Of a stretch of DNA of 41,030 bases, positions 10,360-22,065 are shown piece after piece (the stretch's first letter is position 1; the number at the start of each line of letters is the position of its first letter). This DNA comes from Stramenopiles sp. TOSAG23-2. Its lineage: Eukaryota. The notes below the pieces were generated by a model, which saw only the letters and a list, made by a program, of their open reading frames with translations, had not been told where the DNA came from and made no database searches. The stretch lies in contig LT649304.1 in the NCBI GenBank assembly GCA_900128395.1, positions 1 to 41,030 of the forward strand. The letters are read 5' to 3'. The position numbers were made by a program, and so were the translations under genes.

Positions 10360-11013
10360 GTGGTGTTGTGTGTAGTAGAGAGGGAATTGCAGACAGAGAG
10401 AGACTGGGGAAAAACGGGAGGAGAGTTTTTATAAAAAATATTTTTAAGTTATTGAGGCATTAATTAATAATATTTGTCTGAGATCAAAAATTCATCTTTT
10501 TTAAAATATATATATTAATGCATATGACCCCGTTTATCTGAGAGAGGACTTTTCTGGCCGTACATATTGTCAAATAACATTATATATATTATATAGGCCG
10601 TCGTGTAATACCTTGTTTTAGTAACTCTCTCTCCTTTTTTATGCATTCATCATCTTCTTCATTCGTTTTCCCATCCGCCATTTATAAACTTAGTGGTGTT
10701 GTGTGTAGTAGAGAGGGAATTGCAGACAGAGAGAGACTGGGGAAAAATGGGAGGAGAGTTTTTATAAAAAAAATATTTTTTTAATTTATTGGCATTAATT
10801 AATAATATTTGTCTGAGATCAAAAATTCATTTTTTTTATAATATCATATATATATAAGTGCATATGGCCCCGTTTATCTGAGAGAGGACTTTTCTGGCCA
10901 AATAACATTATTATATATAGGCCGTCGTGTAATACTTTGTTTTAGTAACTCTCTCCTGTTTTATGCATTCATCATCTTCTTCATTCGTTTTCCCATCCGC
11001 CATTTATAAACTT
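10360..11013. repeat. ~330-bp diverged tandem duplication of the 3' end and 3' flank of the LRR-TTL gene
   Basis: 10360..10691 vs 10693..11013: the coding tail is identical, while the non-coding part has several substitutions and indels. Confidence 0.92.
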
Positions 11014-13786
11014 TCCAACTCAATGTATTTTTTGACAAATCTTTCGCCCCATTAGCTATGGACGGTTTAAATTTATTAATTACATCATCATCGTCATTTA
11101 AATGCATAAAATTGCCACTGCGTCCATAAATAAAATGTTGTTGATCAATCGTATCCTTCATTTTATATGTTTTTCGATATAATATTGGTATTACAAAATC
11201 ATTGATAACATCGCGTACTACGCTAGAAACTAGTGGTCGTATAGCTTGTTCAAATTTATTTGACTCCAAAGCCTCCTCATCTGCACCCTGGTAAGCTGCC
11301 ATACAAGGTGGACAATTCAATTCTAATAGCCATATATTACCATTTGCATCAGGTATGAAATCCGCACCTATTAACATGAAGTTATTTTCTGATGTTTGAT
11401 ATTGCATAAATGTGGAGCCTTTACGTATTATACTTTTCATTGTGTTTTGCATTTTTAACCACAAATTTGGAAATTCTGTCGGTAAGTCAACTGTAGGATA
11501 ATTATGAAAATAACTTTCATCGTGTATATTCGCTGCAACATTGCTTATATGTATTTCGGGATCATATTCATCGCTTTCCTCGTTAATATCAATATATTCT
11601 TTATTACAAACATGAGCAAATGCTTTTCTATATGCAAAAAATTCCATATTAGCATTTAATACGCAATATACACGGAAATGAAATTTATATTTTCCTTCCC
11701 ACAATAATGGTTTATTTACATAGCGCTGCACTACATATTCCGTCGCATCATCAATTTGATCTTGCACTTTTTGTAAGAACTTTTCATTTTTAATGGTAAA
11801 TTGATATAAGCCTTCTCCACCATTAGCTGTTGAATCTTTCGCTATCCAGCCATCGTTGTAATTTTCATTATTTTCAATGCATTTTTTCATTTTTCGTTGC
11901 TCTCCCTTGCACCATTTTAAAAATTGGTCCTTACCATGTACAACATAACTTTCTAAAGTTGTAGCTTCTGTTAAATCTTGGCACAATAATGCTAAATTTG
12001 CTTTATTTTCTAAAACATCAATTCCTGCTATTTGACTACATACCGTACTTGACATCCGTATTTCATAATTTTCTTTTGATAAAGTATGTATCCATACGAA
12101 ATCTAATCCTTTTGCTTTTGTAATTTGTTTTTCCTCGTCGCCACTATTATTATGATTGTCATATATATTCTCAGATTTTTCGAACAAATCAGTAAAATTA
12201 TCATTTATTGCTTTTTCAACGCGTGACGATTCATATGGACTTAGATAGTATGTAAATGGTTTTGTCGTGCTTTTTTTATCTTCAACAGCTGTCGAGGAAA
12301 CATTATTTCCGCGATCATTTGTTGTTGCGTTAGTTTCACTACTGTTGTTATTATTGCTATTAGCTCCAATATCATATAACACGCGTATATTCTGTGAATA
12401 ATTCTTATTTATTTCTTCTATAGCTGCAATGCCATTTTGTGAAATACCAGGATTCGATCCAAGCACTAACGTTTTCACTACGTTATTATCATTATTCGTT
12501 TGAATTATATTATTGACAAAGCTATTACATAACATATTTGATCCAACGTCTGTTATATCATTGCCACATAAATCTAAATATTCAAGAGCACAAGTACTCG
12601 TATTAGTAGCAGTAGTATTCTTACCATCATTATTGTTCTCTAATTGTTGTTCCAAATTATAAATATTATCGTCATTAATACCATTGCCTAATAAACACAA
12701 TTTTTTAAGACCATTCAGATAAAATAATTTATGAAATGCTTCATCGCCACATTTATTATTGCCAAAATCTAAATCTGATATAATGTTCTTGCTACATAAT
12801 AAAGCATCGATCAAATTTAAGATTCCAATGGATGTAATATTATTTCCACGTATAGATAATTTATTTAACATGATTTTGCTTTCATTGCCAATGCCATTAT
12901 AAATGAATGCTCTTGCAATGGTATCTAATCCTAAATTTCCTATATTGCAACCATCTAAACTTAATTCGCTAACTACATTTAAAATTCCCGTTGAAATAAA
13001 GGCACTACAACCAACAGATCCAAACAATAAATTTCTTGATAAATCTAATTTCAAGAAATTTCTTTTCTTTTCGTCGTTTTCTTCCGATGATTCATTCACA
13101 TTTTCAAATCTTTTTTTTTCATTAAATGACTTGACCAAAGCATTTCCAAAAGGTACAATACCTTTTCCACCACTGCATTCAATATCACATAAACTTATAA
13201 AGTTTAATTTTCCAATACCACCATTCGTTATTAAACCATTTGTTAACTTCAATAAACCTTCATTATACAGTGAATTTCGACTCAAGTTAATATTTTCCAT
13301 CGTGGAACTTGGTGAATTGATTGCTTTCGTTAAATTCATAAAAAGATTTTCTGCGTCTACTTTACCATTTAACCCTTTGTATTCTAAATCAAGTGTCTCT
13401 AACCCGTTGTTTCGTTCGAGTCCTTTACATAAAATTGATAAATTATTATTACCAAAGTTAACATTACCAATAGATAATAATTTTAACTTTTTATTGTTTT
13501 CTAATATCGTTGCAAAAATTTCAATCGCAGTTGAATCTAGCGAATGCCCAGATGCATATAATTCAGTCAACGTGTCATTTTTATTTATTAAGATATCTTG
13601 TAACTTGACGATGTCTTCAGTCTTTATAGTACGTGTGGACATAATATTTAAAGATGAAAAATTGGCAGAGTTATTTGATAGTTTCACTAATAAATCATCA
13701 ATATTTCGTTTTCTTCCCCATACACTATTTGTTGGCATATGGTTTGAAGTAGTCGTAGCATTAGTCGTTGATGCAGTGAATTGCAT
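10961..13786 (-). CDS. RNI-like leucine-rich repeat protein fused to a tubulin-tyrosine ligase family (ATP-grasp) domain
   Basis: N-terminal LRRs (LEYLDLCGNDITDVG, LSLDGCNIGNLG). TTL motifs WIAK..GGEG, VVQRYVNKPLL, KFHFRVYCV, HISN, GADFIPD..WLLELN. Confidence 0.88.
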   Translation of the reverse strand: MQFTASTTNATTTSNHMPTNSVWGRKRNIDDLLVKLSNNSANFSSLNIMSTRTIKTEDIVKLQDILINKNDTLTELYASGHSLDSTAIEIFATILENNKKLKLLSIGNVNFGNNNLSILCKGLERNNGLETLDLEYKGLNGKVDAENLFMNLTKAINSPSSTMENINLSRNSLYNEGLLKLTNGLITNGGIGKLNFISLCDIECSGGKGIVPFGNALVKSFNEKKRFENVNESSEENDEKKRNFLKLDLSRNLLFGSVGCSAFISTGILNVVSELSLDGCNIGNLGLDTIARAFIYNGIGNESKIMLNKLSIRGNNITSIGILNLIDALLCSKNIISDLDFGNNKCGDEAFHKLFYLNGLKKLCLLGNGINDDNIYNLEQQLENNNDGKNTTATNTSTCALEYLDLCGNDITDVGSNMLCNSFVNNIIQTNNDNNVVKTLVLGSNPGISQNGIAAIEEINKNYSQNIRVLYDIGANSNNNNSSETNATTNDRGNNVSSTAVEDKKSTTKPFTYYLSPYESSRVEKAINDNFTDLFEKSENIYDNHNNSGDEEKQITKAKGLDFVWIHTLSKENYEIRMSSTVCSQIAGIDVLENKANLALLCQDLTEATTLESYVVHGKDQFLKWCKGEQRKMKKCIENNENYNDGWIAKDSTANGGEGLYQFTIKNEKFLQKVQDQIDDATEYVVQRYVNKPLLWEGKYKFHFRVYCVLNANMEFFAYRKAFAHVCNKEYIDINEESDEYDPEIHISNVAANIHDESYFHNYPTVDLPTEFPNLWLKMQNTMKSIIRKGSTFMQYQTSENNFMLIGADFIPDANGNIWLLELNCPPCMAAYQGADEEALESNKFEQAIRPLVSSVVRDVINDFVIPILYRKTYKMKDTIDQQHFIYGRSGNFMHLNDDDDVINKFKPSIANGAKDLSKNTLSWKVYKWRMGKRMKKMMNA

Positions 13787-13814
13787 ATTTGTTCCTAATA
13801 GTATATTTGTCTCT

Positions 13815-13818
<4 letters not shown>

Positions 13819-13846
<28 letters not shown>
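13819..13846. repeat. (GT)14 microsatellite
   Basis: Direct reading; just upstream of the LRR-TTL start. Confidence 0.95.
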
Positions 13847-14414
13847 CTAATTATATAAACAACAATATCAATAGAATATAATGATTATTCAATTAAGCCA
13901 TAAAAAGGAAATTGTTTCTTACAACAACTAAGTACTTACAAATGTATATATATAATATTTTTGTAGATATATATTAATATAAATACAAATTCATTAATTC
14001 TATTAATAGTAAGAAGTGCACAAGTATTGCACTATTATTTATTATAAAAAAAAAAATTTATTTTTTATTATTATTTTATTAATTTAGAATGGGCCCTATC
14101 AAATTGCAAGTGGCATATAGTTAAATTCATTAAAGAATACTAATTTGATTTTTAGCGACGACTGCACGACCGCGGAGTAAAAACTAAAAAAAGGTTAAGG
14201 TAAATTTATGCACGACTGCCCCCGCGGGAATTGTGATCCGTCGTCTTTTTGTCGATGTCATTTATAATATTATTACATGTAATAGTATATATACAGTACA
14301 CATTTCAATGAAGAATAAAAAGAAAAAATAGAAAGAGAGAGAGAGAGATAAACACGAGTGATAGATAGATTTCAAAACATCTTTTATCGTATTACTATCA
14401 TTATATTCAAATAC

Positions 14415-14843
14415 GTTTCTATAATAATACAATATCCTTTCCTTTTTTATTCTTTTTATATTTGTTGATATTATATATATATATATATTCAAACGATCAA
14501 TTAATATACGTTTTACATATCGATATTTTTTAATAATTTTTCAAAAATCATATCAAGTTTAAACAAAGACGACATATTATTATTTCGATCAAATCAATTT
14601 TTACATATACGATTTATCGTCCATATATACAATACAAACATGTCGAAAACAAAAAAGTATATCCCACCACATCTTCGTAAGAGTCCAGGAACGAATGATG
14701 ACGATATTTGGAAATTTAATTTGATTAGTAACAATGTGCCCTCCTAGATCACTGTGTACAAATGTACCTTGAGAGTTAATTTCTATTACTAATAATGATA
14801 ATAAAATCAAAACAGTTAAAATATACATCGTTTGATAGAACAT
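14415..14843 (-). pseudogene. Internally deleted copy of the 15985..17113 gene, carrying its ATG and signal peptide
   Basis: 14415..14705 matches 15788..16076, and 14706..14814 matches 17005..17113. It continues to an ATG at 14843 (MFYQTMYILTVLILLSLLVIEINSQG). Confidence 0.85.
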
Positions 14844-15321
14844 AATATATGTATATTATAATATATTTATTATATATATATATGTGGAATGTGTGTATAT
14901 TTAATGTAAATCGTTGTGTTTATAAACACAAATGTGTGTACATGTGTGTGTTCTACATTTTTGATTGTATCATTTTTTGGTTTGTGTAAACGGTTTTGAT
15001 TGGGTACATTTTTTTGTCATCATCATGTGCTCATCATTAAATTTTTTCATCAAATTTTTGTGTTGAGATATGGTATAGGGGCCGGTTTTTGCTTGCATTT
15101 TGCCGGGAAGAGAAAAAAAAGAAGAAAACAGAAATAAAACGTTTACACTATTATCATTACTTTAATTTAAACAACCATTGTGAGTGGATTATTAATTAAT
15201 TTTTTAATATATTACGTAACCTATATATACGACTTGTATATTATTTTAACACTTTTGTTGATAATAATTATAAACATGTGTTCAACATCAAGTATAAAAC
15301 CCTCGTTTTACACACTTCCCA

Positions 15322-15795
15322 TTATATCCTCTTCTTTGTCCGCTTCTTTTTTGTTTTTTTACCTTTCATTGTCATACCATTATTATTACTATCATCGTCA
15401 TCTTCTATTTTGTTACATATATATCTACCTTCGGAATTTAATACAATTTCTAAATCAATTGCCTGTCCATAATCATTGAATATTCTTTCATTTGCTTTCA
15501 TTCGTCTTATTTTCCTAATATTTTGATATTCTTTTAAGACAGTTAAATGCCTTGCTTCTTCTTCCGTATTAATTTGACTATTGAAAAAATTGTCGCGTTT
15601 TCTTTGTTTTTTAACTTCTTCTTTTTGCATACTATTTAAAGTTACTCTTCCTCTATTATTTCCAGGGTGTATTCTGTTACATGCTTTAGTTGAGGACATT
15701 ATTTGTGTACGTAGGGTATTGATTTGCTTTATTCTAGGATACTCTAGTGCAAACATTTCTATATCGTCTTCTGTAACATTTTCAACTGTTTCTAT
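15322..15795 (-). CDS. 3' portion of an unknown basic protein (5'-truncated, or a terminal exon)
   Basis: The frame is open upstream of the listed Met (ETVENVTEDDIEMFALEYP) up to the repeat junction at ~15788. Confidence 0.5.
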   Translation of the reverse strand: METVENVTEDDIEMFALEYPRIKQINTLRTQIMSSTKACNRIHPGNNRGRVTLNSMQKEEVKKQRKRDNFFNSQINTEEEARHLTVLKEYQNIRKIRRMKANERIFNDYGQAIDLEIVLNSEGRYICNKIEDDDDSNNNGMTMKGKKTKKKRTKKRI

Positions 15796-15984
15796 AATAA
15801 TACAATATCCTTTCCTTTTTTATTCTTTTTATATTTGTTGATATTATATATATATATATTCAAACGATCAATTAATATACGTTTTACATATCGATATTTT
15901 TTAATAATTTTTCAAAAATCATATCAAGTTTAAACAAAGACGACATATTATTATTTCGATCAAATCAATTTTTACATATACGAT

Positions 15985-17113
15985 TTATCGTCCATATATA
16001 CAATACAAACATGTCGAAAACAAAAAAGTATATCCCACCACATCTTCGTAAGAGTCCAGGAACGAATGATGACGATGTAAATGACGATACAAAAATGTTA
16101 TTCCAACTAAACCACCTGGCAATCGCTTTTCTGATACAATACGTGCATCGCCGGGAACGTGGATCTCTAAATAAGTACCACATTTAGGACTTCCTTCATA
16201 TTCACCCGCACAAGCTACAATCCAACCATTGTACGAGAAGGCAATGGTTATGCTATCAATGTGTTTACTATCATCATGTATATGTGCATAAACGTGATTT
16301 CGTTCATCTACTGTTGTAGCACTAACTGATTCATTGTAATCCCAACAATCAGGCATTACGGGTGACAATTTTCTCAACATATATTGGTCTTCACATGTTT
16401 TATCGTTCCATATCATCTCATATGTATTATTTCCATCAGGCAATGCCACTTTTGTTCGTCTGTCTAAATTTCCAGTAGTAGAATTTGATAAACATACCCC
16501 GTCACTACCACCAACTAATTGGACTTTTTTGAGATCATCAGGAAGTCTTCTGAATGGAAAAATAACTAATTTACGATCAGCATAGTATACTTCTTGCGTT
16601 CTAATATCGTAATATTCGGGTGTACCATATTTATCGAAGCAACAATCATGTGGTTTGTTACGGCATGGATCAAATATAACTTCTTGTGTATAATCCACAC
16701 CTCTGGAACTGATACTTGTTAACGGTGCAATGAATTCATATGGATAATTATCTATGCGGACAGCCAATACATCCGGATGCAATTGTAATAATTCATCCAG
16801 GCCGGCTTTTTCAGTTTTAGATTGTAATTGTCTTAAAATTTCAATATATGCTGATTGTGCTAAATCAATAGATGCAGATGAACGTACAATTTCTAATTGT
16901 TGTCTTAAATTTAAAAATTCTGTATCTACTTTTGCCTCTTGCTGTAATCCCGTTTCCTCCGTTTTGATCAATGTATCCGTCGGCTCAGCATATTGCCAAT
17001 TAACATTTGGATATTTAATTTGATTAGTAACAATGTGCCCTCCTAGATCACTGTGTACAAATGTACCTTGAGAGTTAATTTCTATTACTAATAATGATAA
17101 TAAAATCAAAACA
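15985..17113 (-). CDS. Secreted Cys-containing protein of unknown function; start codon missing at this copy
   Basis: 374-aa ORF beginning mid signal peptide (TTG). Motifs DPCRNKPHDCCFDKYGTPEY and CGTYLEIH. The C-terminal frame is uncertain. Confidence 0.7.
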
Positions 17114-17471
17114 CCCTATCTCTTGCTGTGTGGGCTTTGCATATTGTAGCATATAGACGTTGGTATTAAAAATAATACATCATACATACATCTCCAAAAA
17201 TAAATATATATACAATTATTATAAGAAAAACAGAAAGTGGTTTTATAGAATCATTAGTACTATTTTATTTAATTTATCTCTGTTCCTTGATTTATTTATA
17301 TATTAATTTTAAGTTTTTTCGTTTGATTGTATATCGTGATAGGACAATAAGCAGGTTGATACCTTTATATACAGATAGACAGATAGATAGATATACAAAA
17401 AAATTTGTGAAATAAGAAAGATTAAATTCTATACAATAATTATAAAATATAAAACCAATTAAAAACGAAAT

Positions 17472-20240
17472 ATGGAAAGTGATGACGATACTAGGTTAGA
17501 AAACGGTGGTATTAATGAAGAGGAGTCTTTAATAGCATCGCCATCAAGGAGAAAAGCTCCACCAGCATTGTTTAAAACAAATAATGGTAACGCTAAGGAA
17601 TTCATAGATTTATCAGCAGTTGCATTGAAAGAGGCGCAAGGTGCTAGTAATAAAGTACTTGCCGATTTGATGCAAGCTAAACCAAGACCAGGAGACGTTA
17701 AAGCATGGATAAGAAGTTTAGATACAAACGAGACTGAGCGCGCGATGTTAGAACGTAGTTTAATTTCATTTGGATCAATTGAAAATTTAGCAAATGATCA
17801 GAAACACTTAGATCGTGAAAATAAAAAATTAAGATTTCGTGAACAACGCTTTGCACATCAACCATTACTACGTAGACGAAGACTTGATATGTTACCTCCA
17901 CAACTATTAAAAGTTATGGTAGTTTCTTTACAAAATGAACTTGCTTCGGCGAATGAAATTATTGAAAAGTGTCGTGTCGCTGAACATCCATTGATACAAG
18001 ATAAATTGCCTCCTACTAAGAAAATATTAATGCAAGATTTGCAGCGTATACTGGCGTCTGGAGTTGGAGAAACGACGCCATTTAGATCATCTGTTTCTAA
18101 TTTATCCGATAGACAAAGAGATTTAATGACGGACTCGTTAAGAAATCAAAATCGTTTATTACGTAGCCAAATCATGCGTTTGCAAGCCTGTTTAAATGGC
18201 TTACCTGGCGCTGAAACGACCGTAATGGCAGGACCTGAAGGTAGTCCTCGTATTGCCAATTATGATAATGGTGGGATGTCGCCAACTCGTGGTGTGAATA
18301 ATAATAATATTGGTGGTCCATTGCAAGGAACGATGTTATCTCCCCAGCACAATGGTTCCCCCTCGCCGAAACAACATAGATTTAGACTTATGGAAGAACG
18401 TATACAGCAATCCAATGCGGAGATAACTCGGTTACAAAAGGAATTGTTTAAAACGCAGGAAGATTTAAGACGAAGTGAAAGTACAATTGATGCGCAGTTG
18501 GAAATAGAGGCTAAAATGATTGAAGAGAAGGCACGTTTGAGTCGTCAAAATTTGCAACTTGGCACATTTACGCTGAGAGTCTTGGAAGATTCACATCCTA
18601 AACTTGCAGCACAAGTGTTACGAGGTAGAAGTTTAAGAGGTTGGTATAAAGCGATGCTTGATGGGGAAGACTTTGATGCAGACGCATGGGCAATAGAGCG
18701 AGAAGGCATTGCTGGGTCGGATGAACCAGAGGAACAAGTGTATAGAAATCGTCAATCTAGCAAATCGGAAGGCAAGAACGATAGCGACGATGTAGACGAG
18801 GGTAAAAGTAGCAGGCCATCAACATCGCAAACGGATCGTACAGATGATAGTGAAGTTGATACCAGGCTTCGTAATAATAAAAAAAAGAAAAAGCAACCAA
18901 TTTTAACCCCAGGTAGTAAAAAGCCAGCACGCCCGCAATCATCTAGTAAATACAAGCATTCTCGTAGTAGAGCGGAGAAAGATAGTAGGAAAGGCAAATC
19001 ACCGCGTGGTAATAATAGCAGCAGTAGTAGAAGTAAAAAACGCAGCAGCAAAAAAAGAAGCGATGCGCTTAAACGTGGTAGTAATAAGAAAGATGGTGGT
19101 ATGTTTAAACTGCCATTGAAAGACTTAACATTAGGAACACGTCGTGGATCGACGTCTCAATCCCCGTCTGTATCTGCAAGATCAGATAAAGCATTGACAA
19201 AGCCAATTTTTAACGTTGATGATGTTCCAGCATCTGCGCGTTTACTGCGATTAAGCACAGGGCCAGATGAGGAAGAGACCAGCGTAGCCGTAGTTGAAAA
19301 TGAAAAGAGTAAAGATGTTTTGCCAAAAGATGTTGCTGAAGCAATAAGCCCGATTGTTGTACGATTTGATCGTGTCTTGAGACAAGTTTTTACACATTTT
19401 GCACGAACGCAGAATAAACCCATTGGTTCTCGTGATCTATTTGCAGAAATAGCCCGTTGGACCAGTACATTGACACATGCATCATTTTTTAAAGTTTTAA
19501 AACATTTCAAAGTGGTACCTGTTTTATGTACGAAAAAAGATGCATTTACGCTTTTAATTGGTACTAATAGAAGTATATCATATGCAGAATTTTTGGCACG
19601 TTTAGTAGATATTTCCAACTTGTGTATGAAACGTTTATATGTCCTTGCAGATGCAAATTCGATACAGTATTTAGAAAAATGTTTTTTATTAATATGTAGA
19701 AAAGTAGGTTTGTTAAAAAGGTTTGAAGGGGGTAGACCGAAGGGTAAAGATGAAGATGAGGATGAAGATGAGGAAGATGAAGGTGAAAAATATAATGATA
19801 AATCGATAGTATTGCTAACCAAACCACCTCCTAGCGTCATGTTAAATGTTAATGCCTTTATAAAATATGCAACTGAGGAAGATAAAATTTTAGAATCGTT
19901 ATTCCCTGGTGATTCAATTAACCTATTAAATACAGGAGAGGAAGATAGGAGAATGTCTTGGTCAGATATGAAAAGTTACTGGTGGAAAAATTGTAGTAAT
20001 TCACGTACCCCTGGTATAATAAAAAAGAGAGATGATGACGATTATGATAATGATATGCCTCCTGAATTTTCCAATCCAACAACTTCGCCACCAAGAGTAG
20101 TAAGTGGTCTTAGACGTAGGCAACAATTAGCTAAAATTAGAAATGGTGGTGCTGCCCTGGCAAATCCAGAGAATCAAGCGAAAGCGTTTGAATTGTTATG
20201 TAATTTTATGGTGCAAACAGAAGTGAACATTACGGAGTAG
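17472..20240 (+). CDS. Coiled-coil / low-complexity protein with a C-terminal EF-hand-like helical domain
   Basis: 922-aa ORF with heptad segments and a Ser/Lys/Arg-rich linker. LRQVFTHFA...ISYAEFLARL resembles degenerate EF-hand pairs. Confidence 0.8.
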   Translation: MESDDDTRLENGGINEEESLIASPSRRKAPPALFKTNNGNAKEFIDLSAVALKEAQGASNKVLADLMQAKPRPGDVKAWIRSLDTNETERAMLERSLISFGSIENLANDQKHLDRENKKLRFREQRFAHQPLLRRRRLDMLPPQLLKVMVVSLQNELASANEIIEKCRVAEHPLIQDKLPPTKKILMQDLQRILASGVGETTPFRSSVSNLSDRQRDLMTDSLRNQNRLLRSQIMRLQACLNGLPGAETTVMAGPEGSPRIANYDNGGMSPTRGVNNNNIGGPLQGTMLSPQHNGSPSPKQHRFRLMEERIQQSNAEITRLQKELFKTQEDLRRSESTIDAQLEIEAKMIEEKARLSRQNLQLGTFTLRVLEDSHPKLAAQVLRGRSLRGWYKAMLDGEDFDADAWAIEREGIAGSDEPEEQVYRNRQSSKSEGKNDSDDVDEGKSSRPSTSQTDRTDDSEVDTRLRNNKKKKKQPILTPGSKKPARPQSSSKYKHSRSRAEKDSRKGKSPRGNNSSSSRSKKRSSKKRSDALKRGSNKKDGGMFKLPLKDLTLGTRRGSTSQSPSVSARSDKALTKPIFNVDDVPASARLLRLSTGPDEEETSVAVVENEKSKDVLPKDVAEAISPIVVRFDRVLRQVFTHFARTQNKPIGSRDLFAEIARWTSTLTHASFFKVLKHFKVVPVLCTKKDAFTLLIGTNRSISYAEFLARLVDISNLCMKRLYVLADANSIQYLEKCFLLICRKVGLLKRFEGGRPKGKDEDEDEDEEDEGEKYNDKSIVLLTKPPPSVMLNVNAFIKYATEEDKILESLFPGDSINLLNTGEEDRRMSWSDMKSYWWKNCSNSRTPGIIKKRDDDDYDNDMPPEFSNPTTSPPRVVSGLRRRQQLAKIRNGGAALANPENQAKAFELLCNFMVQTEVNITE

Positions 20241-20337
20241 GGAGTTGTTGTACGCGTGTGTACATGTTTATATATATGAATATGTACACACATATTTTTT
20301 TGTCATTATTACGTTTACATATTTTGCATTTTCTTTT

Positions 20338-22033
20338 TTAAGAAACATTTAATTTTTTTAACTCTCGTGTCATAACGGTACACCATGCTATTTGTTCCTC
20401 TAAGGAACCTGCAACTAATGTAAATATATTTGTTGGGGAGACTAAGTCAAAGCTAAATGGTGGTGCTTTCGGCGCTTCACTTCTCCTAACAAAGGTAACA
20501 TTGTTTTTTAAAGATAAAGTGCCTTTTGGTTTTATCTCTTTCGAACTACGACGAAAAAGGCTGTTACGTCTTTGTTTTCGTATTATTTCTGGCTTTTCTT
20601 TGTAATAATTCAATTTTCCAGTACTTTTTTCCAATACGAACCATCTGGTTTGATATTTGACATCACCTCTTAATGCATACCAAGTTTTAACATCCGTTTT
20701 ACGTTTAAAATCACACTTTTTTAAATATCCTTCAATAATAGTACCCGAAGATGATGATGCTTTCTTCCATTTTTCTATAGATCTTTCTCGCAAGCTACTC
20801 ATATAAGATGAATGAGCTTTAGCTTCAGAAAGTAATTCTTTATGTATATCACATGCATGATTTAGCTTTCTAGTTAAAGAATTTATAATTGCTAAAATCC
20901 CATTTTCCTCTTCTACACCAACCCTAGTCAATTCAAATGATAATAAATCACAATTGAATCCAACAATTTGAATAAGTGACAATAGTTCATCAGTATGTTT
21001 ATTGATTGCAGGTACGTTTGGAAAATCATCGTTGTCGTTGTCATCGTCTAACTTAAATGATGATGTTCTGCCAGTTGTACCTAATTTCTTTATACGTTTA
21101 TTCCATGAACTGCGAGTATGGCTAGTACTGCTACCATTTTCATCATTGTCACTACTACTACCTCCTTCTTCTTCCGTATCATCTACGATAATGAAATCAT
21201 TTTTAATTTTTGACAGTGATAAAAACTTTTTGTTTTTGTACAAAGAACGTATACATTGACTTAATTCATCTTTCCACTCATAGAGCAAATCTGGTGACAA
21301 TGCATATATTTTTAATGTTCGCTTTTTTGAAACAATTTGCAATTGATATTGCTTTTCTATTGAAATATCTTTGTCTATTACAATATTAAGAGCTGTAATA
21401 TCAACTATATAAATTCGACCTTGACAATTATCTTTTCTCTCTTGTATTTTCTTTTCTTCTAATAGAATGTCTTCCTCTGTCAATGAATTTCGTATAGTTT
21501 TGTCCATCAATATAGGTATTTGTTTATACCAAGATAATGATGATACATGCAAAGCGAAGTATCGATTTTTTAATGATTTATTAAATTTACCCATTTTCAA
21601 AAGCCATCCTGCTTTCAGGACTTTATTTTGTTGCTTATTGGTAAGAGGATTTTTCGTATTTGCATCATCGTCGTTATTGTTCTTGTTCTTACTATTTGTT
21701 GCAGCGGTAGCAACAACCACTGTGGCATTTAAAGCATTGGAAGAATGAGGAGGAGAAGGCAAAGATGGTTTTTTAGTGGGGCAAGAAAAAGTGGTTTTCT
21801 TGATATTGTTGCTGTTATTTTTAACTACTACACGTTGTTTGACAGGTTTCGGTGGTCGTAATGGCTTTTTAATGACACTTTTCATATTATTTTGATTACT
21901 TTTTGACACGTTGGTTACTGTTGCGGCTTTTGTAGTTGTTACTCGACCTAATGAAGTTTTATTGCCTACACTGCTTCGTCTTCTTGTTTTACTTGCTATT
22001 TTTTTCTTTATGGATGCTAGACTATTGTTATTA

Positions 22034-22065
<32 letters not shown>

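Noticed and set aside
12903-13850. 315-aa plus-strand ORF
   Set aside because: Antisense to the LRR region, ending in a translated (GT)n tract.
14153-14260. GC-rich patch (CGACTGC, GCACGAC, CCGCGG repeats) as tRNA or ncRNA
   Set aside because: No cloverleaf, A/B boxes or convincing stem; at most promoter sequence.
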